Source: Callorhinchus milii
Taxonomy: Eukaryota
DNA: 64,000 nt
Direction: 5' to 3'
NCBI RefSeq assembly: GCF_018977255.1
Contig: NW_024704742.1
Coordinates: 78,618,001-78,682,000, forward strand
The notes under the pieces were generated by a model. It did no database searches, was not told the origin of the DNA, and saw only the letters and a program-made list of their open reading frames with translations. Positions 1 through 13,772 of the stretch are shown here, in pieces. Both the position numbers and the translations under genes were made by a program. Numbering within the stretch: the stretch's first letter is position 1; the number at the start of each line of letters is the position of its first letter.

Positions 1-39
1 TCCTCATGCATGCAGAGAAGAGGAAAAAGGATGATCCTC

Positions 40-500
40 AATATGTTACGAGCTTTGGTTAGAGAAAAGAGGGCCTTTGAAAGTTGAAAGGAAACATCTC
101 ATAGGGGACCTTATAGAAGTATATAATTTGCTAAATGGCAAGGGTAAGACAACCCAGAAGAATACTCTCAGACATATCAGGGTAGTAGGACATGGGAGCA
201 CAGATTATAATAACAGTAATAATCCTTGCATTTGATATAGCGCCTTACGATGTCACTGAGACATCTCAAAGCACTTCACAGAATAAATTGTAAAGCGGAG
301 TGACTGAAATTGTGGGTGAAACATTCAGAGTTGTGAAGGGCAAGTTTAGGAAAGACGTATTTCACACACAGAAGGTATTTAACAAGTTGTGAAGGGCAGG
401 ATGCTGGATTCATTCAAGGTATTTTAGTGGAAAGATGGTAAGGTGCATGTTCTTGAAGCTTGAGATCTAATGGACCAGAAGACTTTCTTCATCCAAAGCT
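40..500 (+). mobile_element. Degenerate CR1-type LINE 3' fragment interrupted by a minus-strand SINE tail (~212-322)
   Basis: CR1-like 'ggggaccttatagaagtatataa', 'ggacatgggagcacagattataa' and 'aagggcaagtttagg' flank the reverse-complement SINE tail 'aataatccttgcatttgatatagcgcc'. Boundaries approximate. Confidence 0.65.
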
Positions 501-959
501 CTCCAGTGATCTTCAGATGTATAATGAACTTGGCACTGCCTCAATAGGTTTCACCATAAGCTACATTGGGATAGTTTGTAATTCTTTTACAGAGAGGATT
601 TTTAAATAAGTTGGGGTGTAAGAAGGTCAACATTTTGTTTCATAAACAATCAACTGACATCTCAAGGCAAATCTGATCCTGATCCACAGTTTCCTGAAAA
701 AGCAGTAATGTGCTGCTCTACATTGAGATGTGGGTTCTGGTGATGCTTCACCAAGCCAAGCATAGCTGCCTGAATAGAGAGCTATATCCGTTTAAGCAAA
801 TGGTCATTTAAGCAAATCTCTCACAGCACCAGACAAAGCTCAAAGCATTCAAGTGTAATAGGATAAATGCAGGTTTCGTGAAAGCAACACCTGAACCAAC
901 ATAATGCAGATAATTTTGGCAATGGCGAAGCAAAATAAGTCTTAAAGATAATAAGAATT

Positions 960-1205
960 AACGACAACAAAATTACATTTGTATAGCGCTTTTCACATCG
1001 GGAGGATGTCCCAAGACGCTGGACAGACAGAGTTACGGACCTGAGCTGGGTGTTGGGTGGAGGGTGGCGGGGAAGAAGGGAGATTGAAAGCATGGTCAAA
1101 GAGGAGGGTCTTGAGGTGGGTCTTGAAGGTGGCGAGGGAGGGGGCGAGACGGAGATACTGCGGGATGGAGTTCCAGAGGATGGGGGCAGAGTGGCGGAAG
1201 GTCGT
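960..1205 (-). mobile_element. L2 LINE 3' end fragment
   Basis: (caa)n tail plus 'aaattacatttgtatagcgcttttcacatcgggaggatgtccc'; the minus strand encodes the L2 ORF2 C-terminal LWNSIP/FKTHLK-type sequence. Confidence 0.8.
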
Positions 1206-4200
1206 TTAAGGTGGGTTGTTAAGTCTACATTTTCTGCAGTGTTTGGAAGCAGACAGTTTTTCACATGGTCAGCTGTGCTTGCTCCTTGTGTTGGTGAGCA
1301 CCAGCGGATTTGGTGCCAGTGTTACTGGCAACGAACCCACTACTTGGTTTAATCAATGGGGTCTAATTTGCAGATTGTGTTAACCATGTGTAAAGAAACG
1401 TATACAGAGGAAATACAGATATCCTAAATTGATATAAAACCATCAATGTATAAGATTTGCAGAATTACCTGGAATCTTGGTCATTAGGTGTTAATGGTAT
1501 TATTAGGGCTACATGTAAATTTCCAATGTCTATGGTGTGTAAACATGGCTTACACAACTCACATAATTGTTTCCTTTGGACCATAATAATTCAACCATTT
1601 AAAAACTGCAATCATATAAAAATTCAACCATATAAATCACTGCAATATATATGATGGGGGAGCCAAAGAGGGTTTTATAAAAAAATTAAATACAATGTGA
1701 AGACAGAACTCTTTGTTTTGCTGTCATGCTGAGAGACAGCCAGGGTCAATGTAATGCATGATATTGGGGATCAGATTTGCACATTACAGCAAGCTGGGAG
1801 GGGAGGGGTCAAGAGCTATGAATCAGATAAAGCAATCAAAATCTTACAAAGAGAGCTCAATAGTGTGCACAGTTGAGTTTATGATTGTAAATGAAATTCA
1901 ACACAACTGAACTCAAGATATTAATAACAACACCTTGCATTTATATAGCACCCTTCATGCAAAATTCACTTTACAGTGTGTTCTGTGAAGCGCTTTGGGA
2001 CGTCCTCCCGACGTGAAAAGCGCTATATCAAATGCAAGGATTATTATTATTATTATTATTAAAATAGCATCTCGGAGTGCTTAACAGTGGCGGAGCTCAA
2101 CGCCAGGAGTAGGGGGAGGTTACTGTAAGCACAGACAAAGAGGAAGGTCTTCAGTCGTGATCTAATAATAATAATTCAACAATAAACCTTGCTTTTGATA
2201 TACTGCCTTATCACCTGTATCTCAGCCGGTGGGAGTCGGGGGGGGCGGCGTGTTGGGTGGCCCTAAGCACGATCGAAGGGGAAGGTTTAATTAATAGCAA
2301 GATTTCAATGCCTATCAGAAAGTTACATGTCAATCCTGAAGCTCTTGGTTTGCAACATCAGAACTATATAATTGGCTACGGCTACATCTTTCTTCCCCTG
2401 TACATTAGCACAACCTTCTCGTAATTACAAGCTAAAATACTGCAGATCATAAGCTACTGAGTGACATTTAATGCAGTGTGACTGATGTTTCCAGGAATCT
2501 CTGGCATTCTAAGTAACAATACAATATTACTTAAAGTGGCCTGATTGGCTCTGCAAATGACAGCCATCTAAAAATGATTCAATTTTTTCAAATTTTACTC
2601 AATATATACTAATGTGACCAGTTATTCAATTGCCTTCAATGTAACAATGTATGCAATATTTACGTCTGAGAAATAAAAGTGGAAATAAATCACACAAATA
2701 TTTCTGAATCCTGACACAATTCAATTTTCATTCAGACTTATTTTCCCTTTATTATGATTCCCTTATTTCCTTTAATTATTTCCCTTTATATTACTGATAT
2801 AAAAGCTTACTAATGCGTCACTTCATAAAGGCGATGTGCAAGGGGAACTGAGTCTTGAAGCTCATGATGGTACATGTGTATAATAACAATAATCGTTGCA
2901 TTTGATGTAGCACCTTATGACGTCGTTGAGATGCCTGAAAGCGCTTCACAGAATATACTGTAAAGTGGATTGACTTTGCATTTTGTAGGTGAAATCGAAG
3001 CCGATTGTGCACAATTCTGTGCAATGATAAATATGTCCTGGCCAACAATCCCCCTATTAAAAAATGATCATTCACTGCAATGATTATTTGTGGGATATTG
3101 CTATGCCCAAATTGGCTGCCATGCTTGCCTACAAAATATATGACATTTTTATTTGATCAGCCGGGTGTCTAACACATGCAGAAACCCATGCTTAAGAGTA
3201 TCAAAACCAAACTGAGAATTCCATGAAATGAATGACCAATTTTATTTTAGGGAATTGTTGGCCACGATACAGGGACAAACTCTCTTCACTTTTTGAGCAG
3301 TGTCGTGGGATCTTTAACATCTGCCTGGACAGACAGCAGTGCATTGGAGTGTTAGACTATGATGGTACATATGAATTAAAATCTTGATATGGGCTTGACT
3401 CCACAACATTCTGACTCAGACACGAGAGCACGACCGATTGTGCCAGGCTGACACACAAAGTACACAGTCCACTACACCTTCCAATATAGCCCTGAAGTAC
3501 TTTGAGACATCTTCCAATTGTTTGCCTGTTCAGATGAGTGTTAAAAATTCCACGGTGCTTCAAAATAGATATTTTTTTTCCAGTGGTCTGGCTAAATAGG
3601 TCATTTACTTGATGGCTGTTGGTGAGATATTGTTGTGTGCAAATTGTTTTCTGTATTTACCTCCAAAATACAATCTTTATATTACAGTACATGTTGTGGA
3701 GCACTTTGAGAATTGAAAGATGCTATATTAAATGCAAGGATTATTAAATTCATTATGTTGCCTGAGGCTCAGAATCTCTCATAGTGTTAGCCTTAAAACC
3801 ACCATCCAGGACATCCTCCTGACGTGAAAGGCACTATACAAATGTAATTTGTTGTTGTTAAAATGTAAGCAAGAACAGAATTTTGCAAAATTCCTAAATT
3901 CAATCTTAATCCAGAATTTTGTTTTCTGCAGTTCAAAATTTAATAATGTTTTCAAGACATTTCCAAAATTTGATCCGATCTTAAATTTTAAATTTCAAGG
4001 CAATGATCTGAAAGTTAAGTCCAGTAGAAATATCAGGCTTCTGGTTAGATTCCTGGCTTGTGGTGAGTTAGCCAAGCAGTGTTGCTGAAACTGGGGAGGA
4101 AGTATTTCAGTTAACTTCAGCATTATTGGGTACAACAAGTGAAGAACAGCTAAGGTTTCTTTTCGTAATGACAGAGTCCAGATATTGATAACTAAGTGTT

Positions 4201-4489
4201 CATAGATGACATGCAATAACATTTAACGTCATTTGTAATGTTCCCATTGTACTCATTCTGTCAGGCTTCATATGTTGTCAAAGAGCAACTGGACCATCGC
4301 AGTGTATCGCAGATAAGTTAGACAATTATTTTGGGAGGAGAAAAGCATTGAAGAGAGAAAGTAAAATATGTAAGTTAAACATATAAATATGCACAATTAT
4401 TGAAATAAAGATTATGTTTTTCTCTGTGCAGTGACACACTTTTGCATGATTTATTTGCTATTTAAACGATTCAGTGATAAAATATTTGT

Positions 4490-4627
4490 AAAACGCAAAA
4501 TACTGCAGATGCTGGAAATCTGAGACAAAAACAGAAGTCGCTGGGAACGCTCAGCAGGTCAGGCAGCATCTATAGAGAAAGGAAAGTGAGTCAACGTTTT
4601 GGTTTCCACGACCCTTCGTCAGAACCG
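4490..4627 (-). mobile_element. Penelope-like element terminal repeat with a degenerate minimal hammerhead motif
   Basis: Closely similar to the reverse complement of 35690-35790. The minus strand reads CTGACGA-agggtcgtggaaacc-AAAACGTT. Confidence 0.65.
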
Positions 4628-4719
4628 TTCGTGTTTATCTTTCTGAACATCTGGACAAATAAATGAGCGTCTTTGTTTCTTTTCAGTTATTTTCTGACAA
4701 ATTATTTTGACATTGCAAA

Positions 4720-5100
4720 ACCAATCAAGGACAGCACTGTGAAGGTTGAGTGAGAGGAGAGGTGGTGGAGGAGGATAGAGTGGTCAACAGTGTTAAAGTG
4801 TAAACACGTCAACGAGGAGACAGAATTGTTGAGAAGAAAACACATTTTGCATAGGAAACTGAACTTTTTGGAGGCTGCATCAGCAAGGGAGAAGCTAGAA
4901 TGCTGCTTAAGATCAGAGGAGTTGATGGAAGGAAGATTATCAGTGGAGTCAGGGAAAGGAAGAGGCGGCAGCTGTTTGTTGGACTTGCAAGAGACATGCC
5001 TTTGAGGAATTATGAATGATTGTTTGTGCCTCACAAAGGAGATAAAAGTTTATTGATTTTGGTATTGAAGTTTGAGAGGGAGGAAGACTGCACTGAGGGA
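4720..5100 (-). mobile_element. Old L2 LINE RT-region fragment
   Basis: Minus-strand translation has [14 protein letters not shown], the L2 RT motif (AFDTVDH). Confidence 0.7.
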
Positions 5101-5370
5101 GTATGATCTGAGGGGCAGAGCATCTTGCAATTTTATAGTGCCTATTACATCAAAAGTCTTGAAATCTAGACTCTGTGAGCCTATCAACAACAACAACAAC
5201 ATTTGTATAACTTCTTTCACGTCAGGAGGATGTCCCAGGCGCTAGACAGGGATTTTCACCCGAGCTGGGGTTGCTATGACGCTCATCCTCGCCCGGCTCC
5301 ACTGGCTCCAGAAGATCGAGTTCAAAATCTTCATCCTCACTTTTAAATCAGTTACTTACTGACTCACTGA

Positions 5371-5690
5371 TCAATGAAGGATCATGGGATGACCAGATTG
5401 GTTTGGATGAAGAAGGTCCTTCGGTCCATCTAATCTCATCCTTGTGGAGCAACTACCCTGCCATCCTCCCATCACAGCATCAAACAGTTTTTTTCTAAAT
5501 GTGTCAGGTGTTCTGGTTTCTGCGTCCTTTCCTGGCAACCTGTTCCAGTCATTGATTTCTCTTTGAGTAAAGAAGAGCTTCCTGGTAGCTTTATTGAAAT
5601 TGCTCTTCACAGGTCTAAACGTATGTCCTCTTGTTCTACTGTCTTGTGTGCTATAACAAAGCAATTGTTTATTCAGAAATCTCAAAACTG
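5371..5690 (-). mobile_element. CR1 LINE 3' end
   Basis: Minus-strand ORF has RTRGH...RKLFFTQREINDWNRLP, the CR1 ORF2 C-terminal motif. Confidence 0.8.
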
Positions 5691-7269
5691 AGCATTTTGA
5701 GAGTTCTCCTTAACTTGGCTAACAGTTCTGCTATCCATTCCCATGCCCTCTCCACACCATGATCGATGGATGAGCTTATTGGGGGCACTTAATAATCGAA
5801 TTGGATCAGCACATGCAGAAGGTGCAGGGGAAGAGAGGAGAGAATTGAGATTAGGAAAGATGGATTCTTGAAGGAGCAAACAGCAACACAAAAAAGAGGC
5901 TGAATGGCCTCCTACTGTGTCATGCATTTCTATGGTTCCATGGGACAAATTATAGTGAATAGGACAATCTTTGAGTCGGCAAAACAATACAGGAAACAAG
6001 AAGAAAAACAATAGCACTGCAATCTGAAACTATCTATAGAGAACTTGTGTTTCTGAAAACTAGTTTGCTCTTTAAAACACTTTAAGGTGTCCTCCTGATG
6101 TGAAAGACACTATATAAATGTGAATCTGAGTGTATTTTTCAGATGCAGTAAGATAAATACTGCTATGTGTTTAACATGAACTGATAAAACTTTAACTCAG
6201 ATGTCCCTCTCACATTATAGAATATGTAATGGCATTTCACAAGGTGTTCTCTTACATCTTGCTCTGATTCTCTCTCTGTTATTCTCCTCTTTGTTGCTAC
6301 TGATTCTTTATTGCCCATCAGTTGCATGAAATGTTAGACTTGTGATAGAATATAACATTTTATCAGACATGTCGAAGTACAAAAGTGCAAGAGGCGAGAA
6401 AAATAGCAAGTCAGATATAAGATGGAAGATTTTATTCTCTCAAGGGCTCCTATGAGATATCCTAGATCAATATAAAAACACTTCAGGGTAAACAGCCAAA
6501 GCCCTGTTAACACTGTTTGCATGAATAGAGGGAAATCTGCAAAATCTCTGAAGATGGATAGGAGACAGGTTACAGATGTGTATAGAGCAGTGAAAATGCA
6601 CTGTTTAAAAAAGAAAAATTAAGCCAGTGTGTGCTACAATACCTGTTTTAAGCTGGTCACACTATTGGTAAATAATATGTGAGGGGATGTTTACAACATC
6701 TGCTGGTGCCATATATGATGGCCTGTGACAAACATAAGGGAAGTCAACAGGATTCAAAGGGTCTGAACAATTTAAGCAGATGGGTTAAGGAATTGGAGAA
6801 GGAATTTTTAATACAGATAAATACTGTGTGAGGCAATGTACCAGACCTGATAGACATTGTACTTGTATTCTGATCTCTTACAGATATATTTACAACTTTT
6901 CAGCTGGCACCAGGCTGTCCTTGCAAACTGTGTCTCCAAATTGCTTTTATTTTGTTTTTTAAAAAGTCCAGTACTTATTTCAAAGTTACCTTTTTGATCT
7001 GGTGTCTGTGCTTGTCGAAGGTAATTAACTTGACAGCAAACAGAATGGAACTTCTGATTTCATGTTTTCCTGTGGATTAGACTGGGCACAGAGTCACACA
7101 GAGTCATTCTATCTATAGTGTTCTGAGAGTGGCTTTATTTAATCTGCAACTACACACAATGTAGTTGGGATATTGGGCATTGCAAACATATGGCTGACTC
7201 GAGGCGCTGGCTAAGTGATCTTTATCTCTCATGTCCAGGAAAATACATGGCTTGGATCATTTCACTTTA

Positions 7270-7620
7270 GGGCGAGAAATATGATCACAAAACGACAAGA
7301 CTGGTTTGGATAAAGAACGCTCATCCGATCTCATCTCCCCGACCTTCTTCTCATCAGAACATCAAGCTGTTTTTTAAATCAGTCCAGTATCCTGACCTTA
7401 ATCACCCTAACTAATAACACGTGACACTCGTTAATTACCTTCTGGATAAAAAAATTCCTGGTGTCTGTCCTGATATTGACTTTGCAAAGCTAAATCTGTG
7501 TCCTCTTTTTCTGCTGTTTTGCTGCATCCTAAAGAATTGTTTGATTTACTTTCTCAATTCCATTTAAAAATGTTGCCTCTATAAGATCCCCTCTAAGACA
7601 TCTCTTTTAATACTCAAGAA
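7270..7620 (-). mobile_element. CR1 LINE 3' end, degenerate
   Basis: Similar to 5371-5690 ('catcaagctgttttttaaat', 'aaatctgtgtcctct', 'ataagatcccctctaag'). Confidence 0.6.
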
Positions 7621-10514
7621 CCCTAAATTAATAAATAATAATATTTGCATTTTGGTATATCTCCTTTCAAGTGAGGAGGACGTTCCAAATTACTTTGCGG
7701 GATTTAGTGTAAAGTGCAGTTACTGTGTGTTTTATGGGCAAATTTCAACCCACTGGATTTAATAGAGCTTCTCTGGTGGATTTTCTTTACATAGAGGGTG
7801 GTGACACTGTGGAACTCATGATCAAGTGATGTGATTGAAGCAACAACAACAACAAATTAAATTTGTATAGCACCTTTCACATCAGGAAGAAAGTATCAAT
7901 GCATCTTAAGAGGATATTCAATACATGTAATCATGAAAGAAGGGAACAGAGAGATTTGGGGTGGGGAGGCTAAGAAATAGGATGGATGGAAGCTTATGTG
8001 GTTTGCCAGCAAAGGCATGTTTTGTGTTGTAAATTCTATGTATTTAATTATATGTGTGAATGAAATATTGGAGGTAACTGGCACCGGGGATTTAATGAAA
8101 GAATCTGGGCTTTACCTCACTGGCATTAATATTTGCACATGATGGAGCAGAGAGTCATGGATTATTTAACAAAGTCACCTTTAATGCTGAAGCATGGTAT
8201 TAAACACTTGGAGGGAATTTACAGATAACTTAGCATTGCTGTTTAATGACATTTGAGATAGATGCCTGGAGTATGCTTTCACAATTGTGAAACCACTAAG
8301 CGTAATTAAATCAGATGTACCAGGAATGGAACTGACTGAGTGGGAAATACAACATTTTTGAAGGACGAGCAAATCTAATACCTTAAGGATGTCTAAGTTG
8401 CAAGATTCTTTATTATGCATTTCATATTTTGTCTGTAATTGTGACTCCACACTTGGAAATGTGTTCCTGTTGTAAAACACTTTTAAGGTATGCTTTATGG
8501 CTTAATAGTATAAATGATTTCAAATACAATTGTGTGAAATTATTCTGGTCACATTCTTCCAGAGAAGCAAGGTTTTATGTCTCGACCACAGAGACTTTGA
8601 CAACGAAACTAAGACCTGAAATTTGTCATGGTTTTAGGCTTAAAAATAAGATCATATAACATTTTTGAAAAGTATTAACTTCAGTCTTGATTTGTGAGAC
8701 AGATCTTAAAAGTCTCTTTACTAGCTGTGGGACGTTGTTATGCACAAATTCACTGCCATACTCACCTACAAAATATACAGTCATTACACTCTACAGTAAG
8801 TGCTGTGAAGCACTTTGAGACATCCAATGTGAAAAGCACCCATAAAAATGCAAGGATTATTATTATTTTAATCCTTGAATATGAAAGCCTTAATACACCA
8901 ATGATGCAGAATAGGCTGGCGGTGGATATGTCCTATGTTGTTGCCAATTTACTGAGACACTTGAGGGTGAAGGGTCAAGGCTGCACAATCAAGATCAAAG
9001 ACCAGGAGAGAAGATTAAATAATTAGTTCCTATTAAGACTGGTTGAGGTTCAAAATTCTGTGCAATATAGGGAGAAGGGAAGATTATATGTTATCAAAAT
9101 AACAAATTGTTCTGCATATTTTATATACATTTTAAACCTTAAAAGAACTATGATAATTATGGCAAAGTGATTTTCAACAAGGTTTAGGTTCCTCTGATGA
9201 TCATTGCAACTGCGTCTTATAAAATTATATCAAGCTCTTGTTCAGACTGCTACAGTGTAATCACTTTTAAGTATTCTCCAAATAACTTGGTAATGAGGTT
9301 TAACAAGAGGTGCTGACTTGTCTGTTCATACAGGGGCGAACAACACAGAAACCAATCAATTAAACAATCATTACACTGCACTATAATTTAGCTGCTGATT
9401 TGATCCCCTGAGATTTGAAGCTGTTCTTGCTGCTGAAGATCCCATCTTCACAGAGTATACTTCAATATGATAAGACAGAGTATCTAAGGTTAAGCAATTA
9501 ACACTTAATGGCAGTGTAGTAGAAATTGTGGGATGAAAATTGCAATATTACATATTGGTAGATAAATATGGTTGTATGTTTTGTGGGAGAACACCCAAAA
9601 CTTGGCTGAAAAACTGGGAGAGAAAGCATTGTCCAAAACAATGATGACCAAATGGCCCTTGTGACTATTTTAAGCATGCATAACGTGTAATCCCTGATCC
9701 AGAAGGTCAGGGTTTGATTTGTAATGGGTTGGGGGTTGGTATTTAGTCTCATACCTGTCATTAAAGACAGGATTGTGGGCAGACATGTTTAACTGCCATA
9801 TCTGGACCATTCCTTAAATAGCCCTGAAATTCATTAAGGAATGAAAGGTGTTTAGGAATATTGCAATTTTCACATCAAAGTCTTAAATTGTGACAACAAT
9901 CTTTACATTTGGTATAGCACCTTTCACATCGAGAGGATGCCTCAAAACGCTTCACAGGATTTACTATAAAGAATAGTGCCTGTGTATTTTATTGGTGAAG
10001 GATAAGTAGCTGAGATTGAAATAGTCTTTATTATTTAATTGTGGTGTATTTCACTTTTGATTAACCACATCCTGCAATGAGCACACATCTTCTTGCAAAT
10101 CGTCCAATTTTAAGGTAATTTTAATTTATTAAAATAAAAATGTACGCAGAATTGTTGAATTCTTAAATTCAGTCCAAATTTGGAAGCCAGTTCTTTTTAA
10201 AAACTGGGGAAAACCAGCTTCCCAATTGAGATCCCATATCGGAAATTAATTTACTCTACACTGCAAGTGTTATCTGATCTATTCAGAAACACTTAAACCA
10301 TAAATGTTAAGAAATAGAAGATCAAAGAAATTGTATCAACTATCCTCTAGCTCTGCTAAACCAGTTGATTTAAGCTGCCACCAGAGATTTGCAGTATTAA
10401 GTATTAATCATTAAGGATGACAGTGTACTGTTCAGGGTATTTGTACAAGTGAAAGTTTCTAATGTCTGTATTTTATTTTCAGTATGTGAGAAGGAAAAGT
10501 AAAGTGAGTTCTCT

Positions 10515-11070
10515 GCTTGTTGGACCTCCCAACTCTTCTCTCTACAAGTTGCAGATCATCCAGAACTCTGCAGCTCATGTCCTATCCCGCACCAGACACC
10601 GTGACCCTATTACCCCACCCTCTCCCAGCTCCACTTGCCATCCCCCAGAAGATAGAGTTCAAAATCCTCGTCCTCTCCTTCAAGGCCCTCCACGACCTTG
10701 CTCCTTCCTACCTCCGTGACCTGCTTACCATATCAACCTGTCCTTTACCTCCACTCAGTAGGCTCTGGCCTGCTCCACATCGCCCGCCTGGCCCACTCCA
10801 CCATTGGTGTTTGGGCCTTCAGCCTCTCTGCCCCCACCTGTTGGAACTCCATCCCACAGTCCCTTCACCTCGCTCCTTCCCTTGCCAGCTTCAAGACACA
10901 TCTCAATCCCTCCTCTTAGACTGCGCCTTCGGCCACCCTCACACCCTCCCTGCCCTCCATCCCATTCCCAGCCCCCTACTTGGGTGCCAATCCCTTGGGA
11001 CATCCTCCCGACATGAGACATCTCAATAATGTGATATGGTGCTATAATAAATGCAAGAATTCGTATTATA
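10515..11070 (+). mobile_element. L2 LINE 3' fragment
   Basis: [34 protein letters not shown] and WNSIP across frameshifts; ends in 'gggacatcctcccgacatgaga'. Confidence 0.85.
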
Positions 11071-11862
11071 AATCATTATTACTTTAGTAAAATGGTTTTG
11101 ATGGTGGTTCTGTGTACAGTAATTTATGGTGGCAGATGGTTAATATGTGAAGACTCTGGCAGGGTGAAACTTAGAAGACAACACCATCCGGAGCCAATCG
11201 AGCTGTTTTCAGAAAAAGGCTTTGATGCTGGTTCAACAAGCACAATACGGAGATCTTCTGACCATGGAGGACAACTTATATTAGCTTCACTTACAGTGGG
11301 AAAAGGAAATGTGAAGACCGTGGTTTCATAAGGAGTGTGGTGAAGGAGGAGTCTGAGCTCCAGGGGCAATTATCTCTGAAATCTCAATAATTATATATTT
11401 TTGGACAAAGGAGAAATGGATAGTTGGAAGTGACACATAGGGTTAATTTTCTCATTGGACCCAAGCTATCCTGCCTGAAGATGATGATGGAATGCAATGA
11501 TTTGGAGGGGCATCGAAGAGGGAGACTTTGGAGAGGAAGGGATGAGCTTGGAAGGCAACGATTTGTTCTCGGAACTGGGAAGAAAGGGTAGATTGGAAAA
11601 AGGCTACAGCATGGAAGAGTAGAATGGGGGTTACTTGAGAAGAGAATTATGACAGCAGTTTGGTCAGGGGGAGTACTGTACTCATAGATAAATAATTTTA
11701 ATGATGGAATAAAGTGCTTTATCAAATGCAAAAATTATAATTATTTTAATCTTATTTATAAAAAAATTAAAAATTAAAACTGCATGTCCTACAGATGCGG
11801 AAAGCTGAAATGCAAATATCAAATCTCAGTAAACTCAAATACGGGAATATTCAGGAATATGA

Positions 11863-12068
11863 GGCCTGAAATTCCACCTAGTCTTAGCCTGTTAGACCAT
11901 TTGGCTTAAAATTTACGCAAAATTGTTGAATTCTTAAACATTTTGGAAGCCAGTTCATTTTAAGAACTGCGGAAACAGGGCTTCCAAATTGAGAATGAAT
12001 TTTCCATTATTCTGTGTGATGAAAAACAAAATAGTCACACAGGCTAAGATTGGTTGGAATTTTAGGTC
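11863..12068. mobile_element. MITE-like element with ~29-bp imperfect TIRs
   Basis: Left end 'ggcctgaaattccacctagtcttagcctg' matches the right-end reverse complement 'gacctaaaattccaaccaatcttagcctg'. The internal part recurs at ~10138-10230. No clear TSD. Confidence 0.6.
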
Positions 12069-12563
12069 GAGGATGCAGGTCTACAGTGCCACAGTGCTCT
12101 GAGGATTGTTATTGTGGAATATGTTGTTAACCATATCCATTATTCTCACTTGCCATTTATCCATCTGCCCTTTTCCCCCTTTGGCAAGCTTTCATCACCA
12201 CCAAACACAACTGCTGCAATCCTGCCAATTTATTATTGCAAGAATTGCACAAGTTGAGTTCTATCGTTAATAACCTGCCATGGTTATGTCCATCGGGAGG
12301 GGAAAGAATAAGGCAGCATTTCAAAAGGAACATAAATCCAGTAAAAATGCAACCTTCATGTCGCTGGTTGCTGTAAATAAGTTTGATGTGCTAAAAGAAA
12401 AATCAATAATCTTGGGAATACCTGTTAAATAGAACCATTTTTCCTAAGGACTTTGGTACATCTGTAATTGGGGAGGATTGCTTTCTGTTCCAGAGATGAC
12501 GTGCTCACTGCAGTGCTCAGCTTCACAGTTTTCTTCCCTGCCAGATTCAAATAGAGTGTAGGG

Positions 12564-12801
12564 CAGCGGTGGCCAACCTTTTTGGTCATCCAACCAAATA
12601 CATCTTTCTTTATTGAATTTTGGGGCATCAAGAAATAGCCTGCCCAATACCTGCCCAGTCCAGCCAAGTCTGCACCAAATCGATATCCTGTTTCCAGCAT
12701 CTACCAAGGCGCGATACCCATAGCGTGGTCATAAATTAAGAAAATTCAACAAAGAAAAATGTATTTGGTTGGTTGGCTGACCGAAAAGGTTGGCCACACT
12801 A
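12564..12801. mobile_element. Non-autonomous hAT (Charlie/Buster-type) MITE, 238 bp
   Basis: ~55-bp imperfect TIRs starting CAGCGGTGGCCAACC. 8-bp TSD gtgtaggg (12556-12563) / gcgtaggg (12802-12809) with central TA. Confidence 0.85.
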
Positions 12802-13650
12802 GCGTAGGGCATAAATTCTCTGCAAAAATGGCTTACTTAAAACACAAGGGAAAGCAGGCCATACACGTGCTTTAGCGAGCAGACCATGTGCAGCACTGCT
12901 AAGTATTCATGGATATACAGTGGGCTCACAGCTTTAATAATTAATACACTACAGTATGGAGCTCACTTACACTGATTTCAGTCTGGATTATCAGGGAGAT
13001 GGCAGTTCCCATAAGTGGATGCATCCGTTATGATACAGAGGCTATATCTGTCTATATCAGACTGTAAGGCTGGTGTTGGGTGGGGGGGGGGGGTTCTAAC
13101 AATGTTGTAATCAAATAGATTTTACAGGATAAAATGTATTGCAGTTTCAATATGGTTAATTAAAAAGTATTTAGCCTCAGTATTTTCTGTTGAATAGATT
13201 AGAGTTGGGAGCAAATTGTTTTGTTTAATAAAATATAAAATGTTTGCAAGTAATAAGAAAAAATAAGCTAATTGAGGGTCTGGATGCTTCTCATATTGCT
13301 TTTACATTGCTAATTTGCCTTGTGAGATACATGAACTATACATGAACATTATTTATACAGAACAAAATAATTGTCTCTGTGTTGCGCAAACAAGTGTACG
13401 AAAGCTGATGTTCAGGTTATAATGTGTCCATGCACTGTGCACTGAGATTGAATAAAAAGCACAGAGGGAAAGAAATCATTCAGAAAGAAGTTGTTTCAAT
13501 GATTACCAGGAGGAAAGTGTCAGACTGAATCTTGCACACTTTGATACATTATCATGCTTTCAATGTCCTGGTGTTGTTGACTGAGCATCACAAAACAGCA
13601 GCAATGAACGCCAGAATTTCCCAGGAGTATGTGAGGAGTATGTTTAGCAG

Positions 13651-13772
13651 TTTATCAGAATCCAATGGGCTACATTGAGAGGTATGTCAGACTACAGTAG
13701 GATACATTGTTAGATATGTCAGAATACAATGTGGTACATTGAGCGGTATGTCAGAGTACACTGGGCTACAAT
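13651..13772. repeat. Degenerate minisatellite, ~32-bp unit x ~4
   Basis: Recurring 'gtatgtcagaNtacaNtggNNtacattgNNNg'. Confidence 0.7.
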
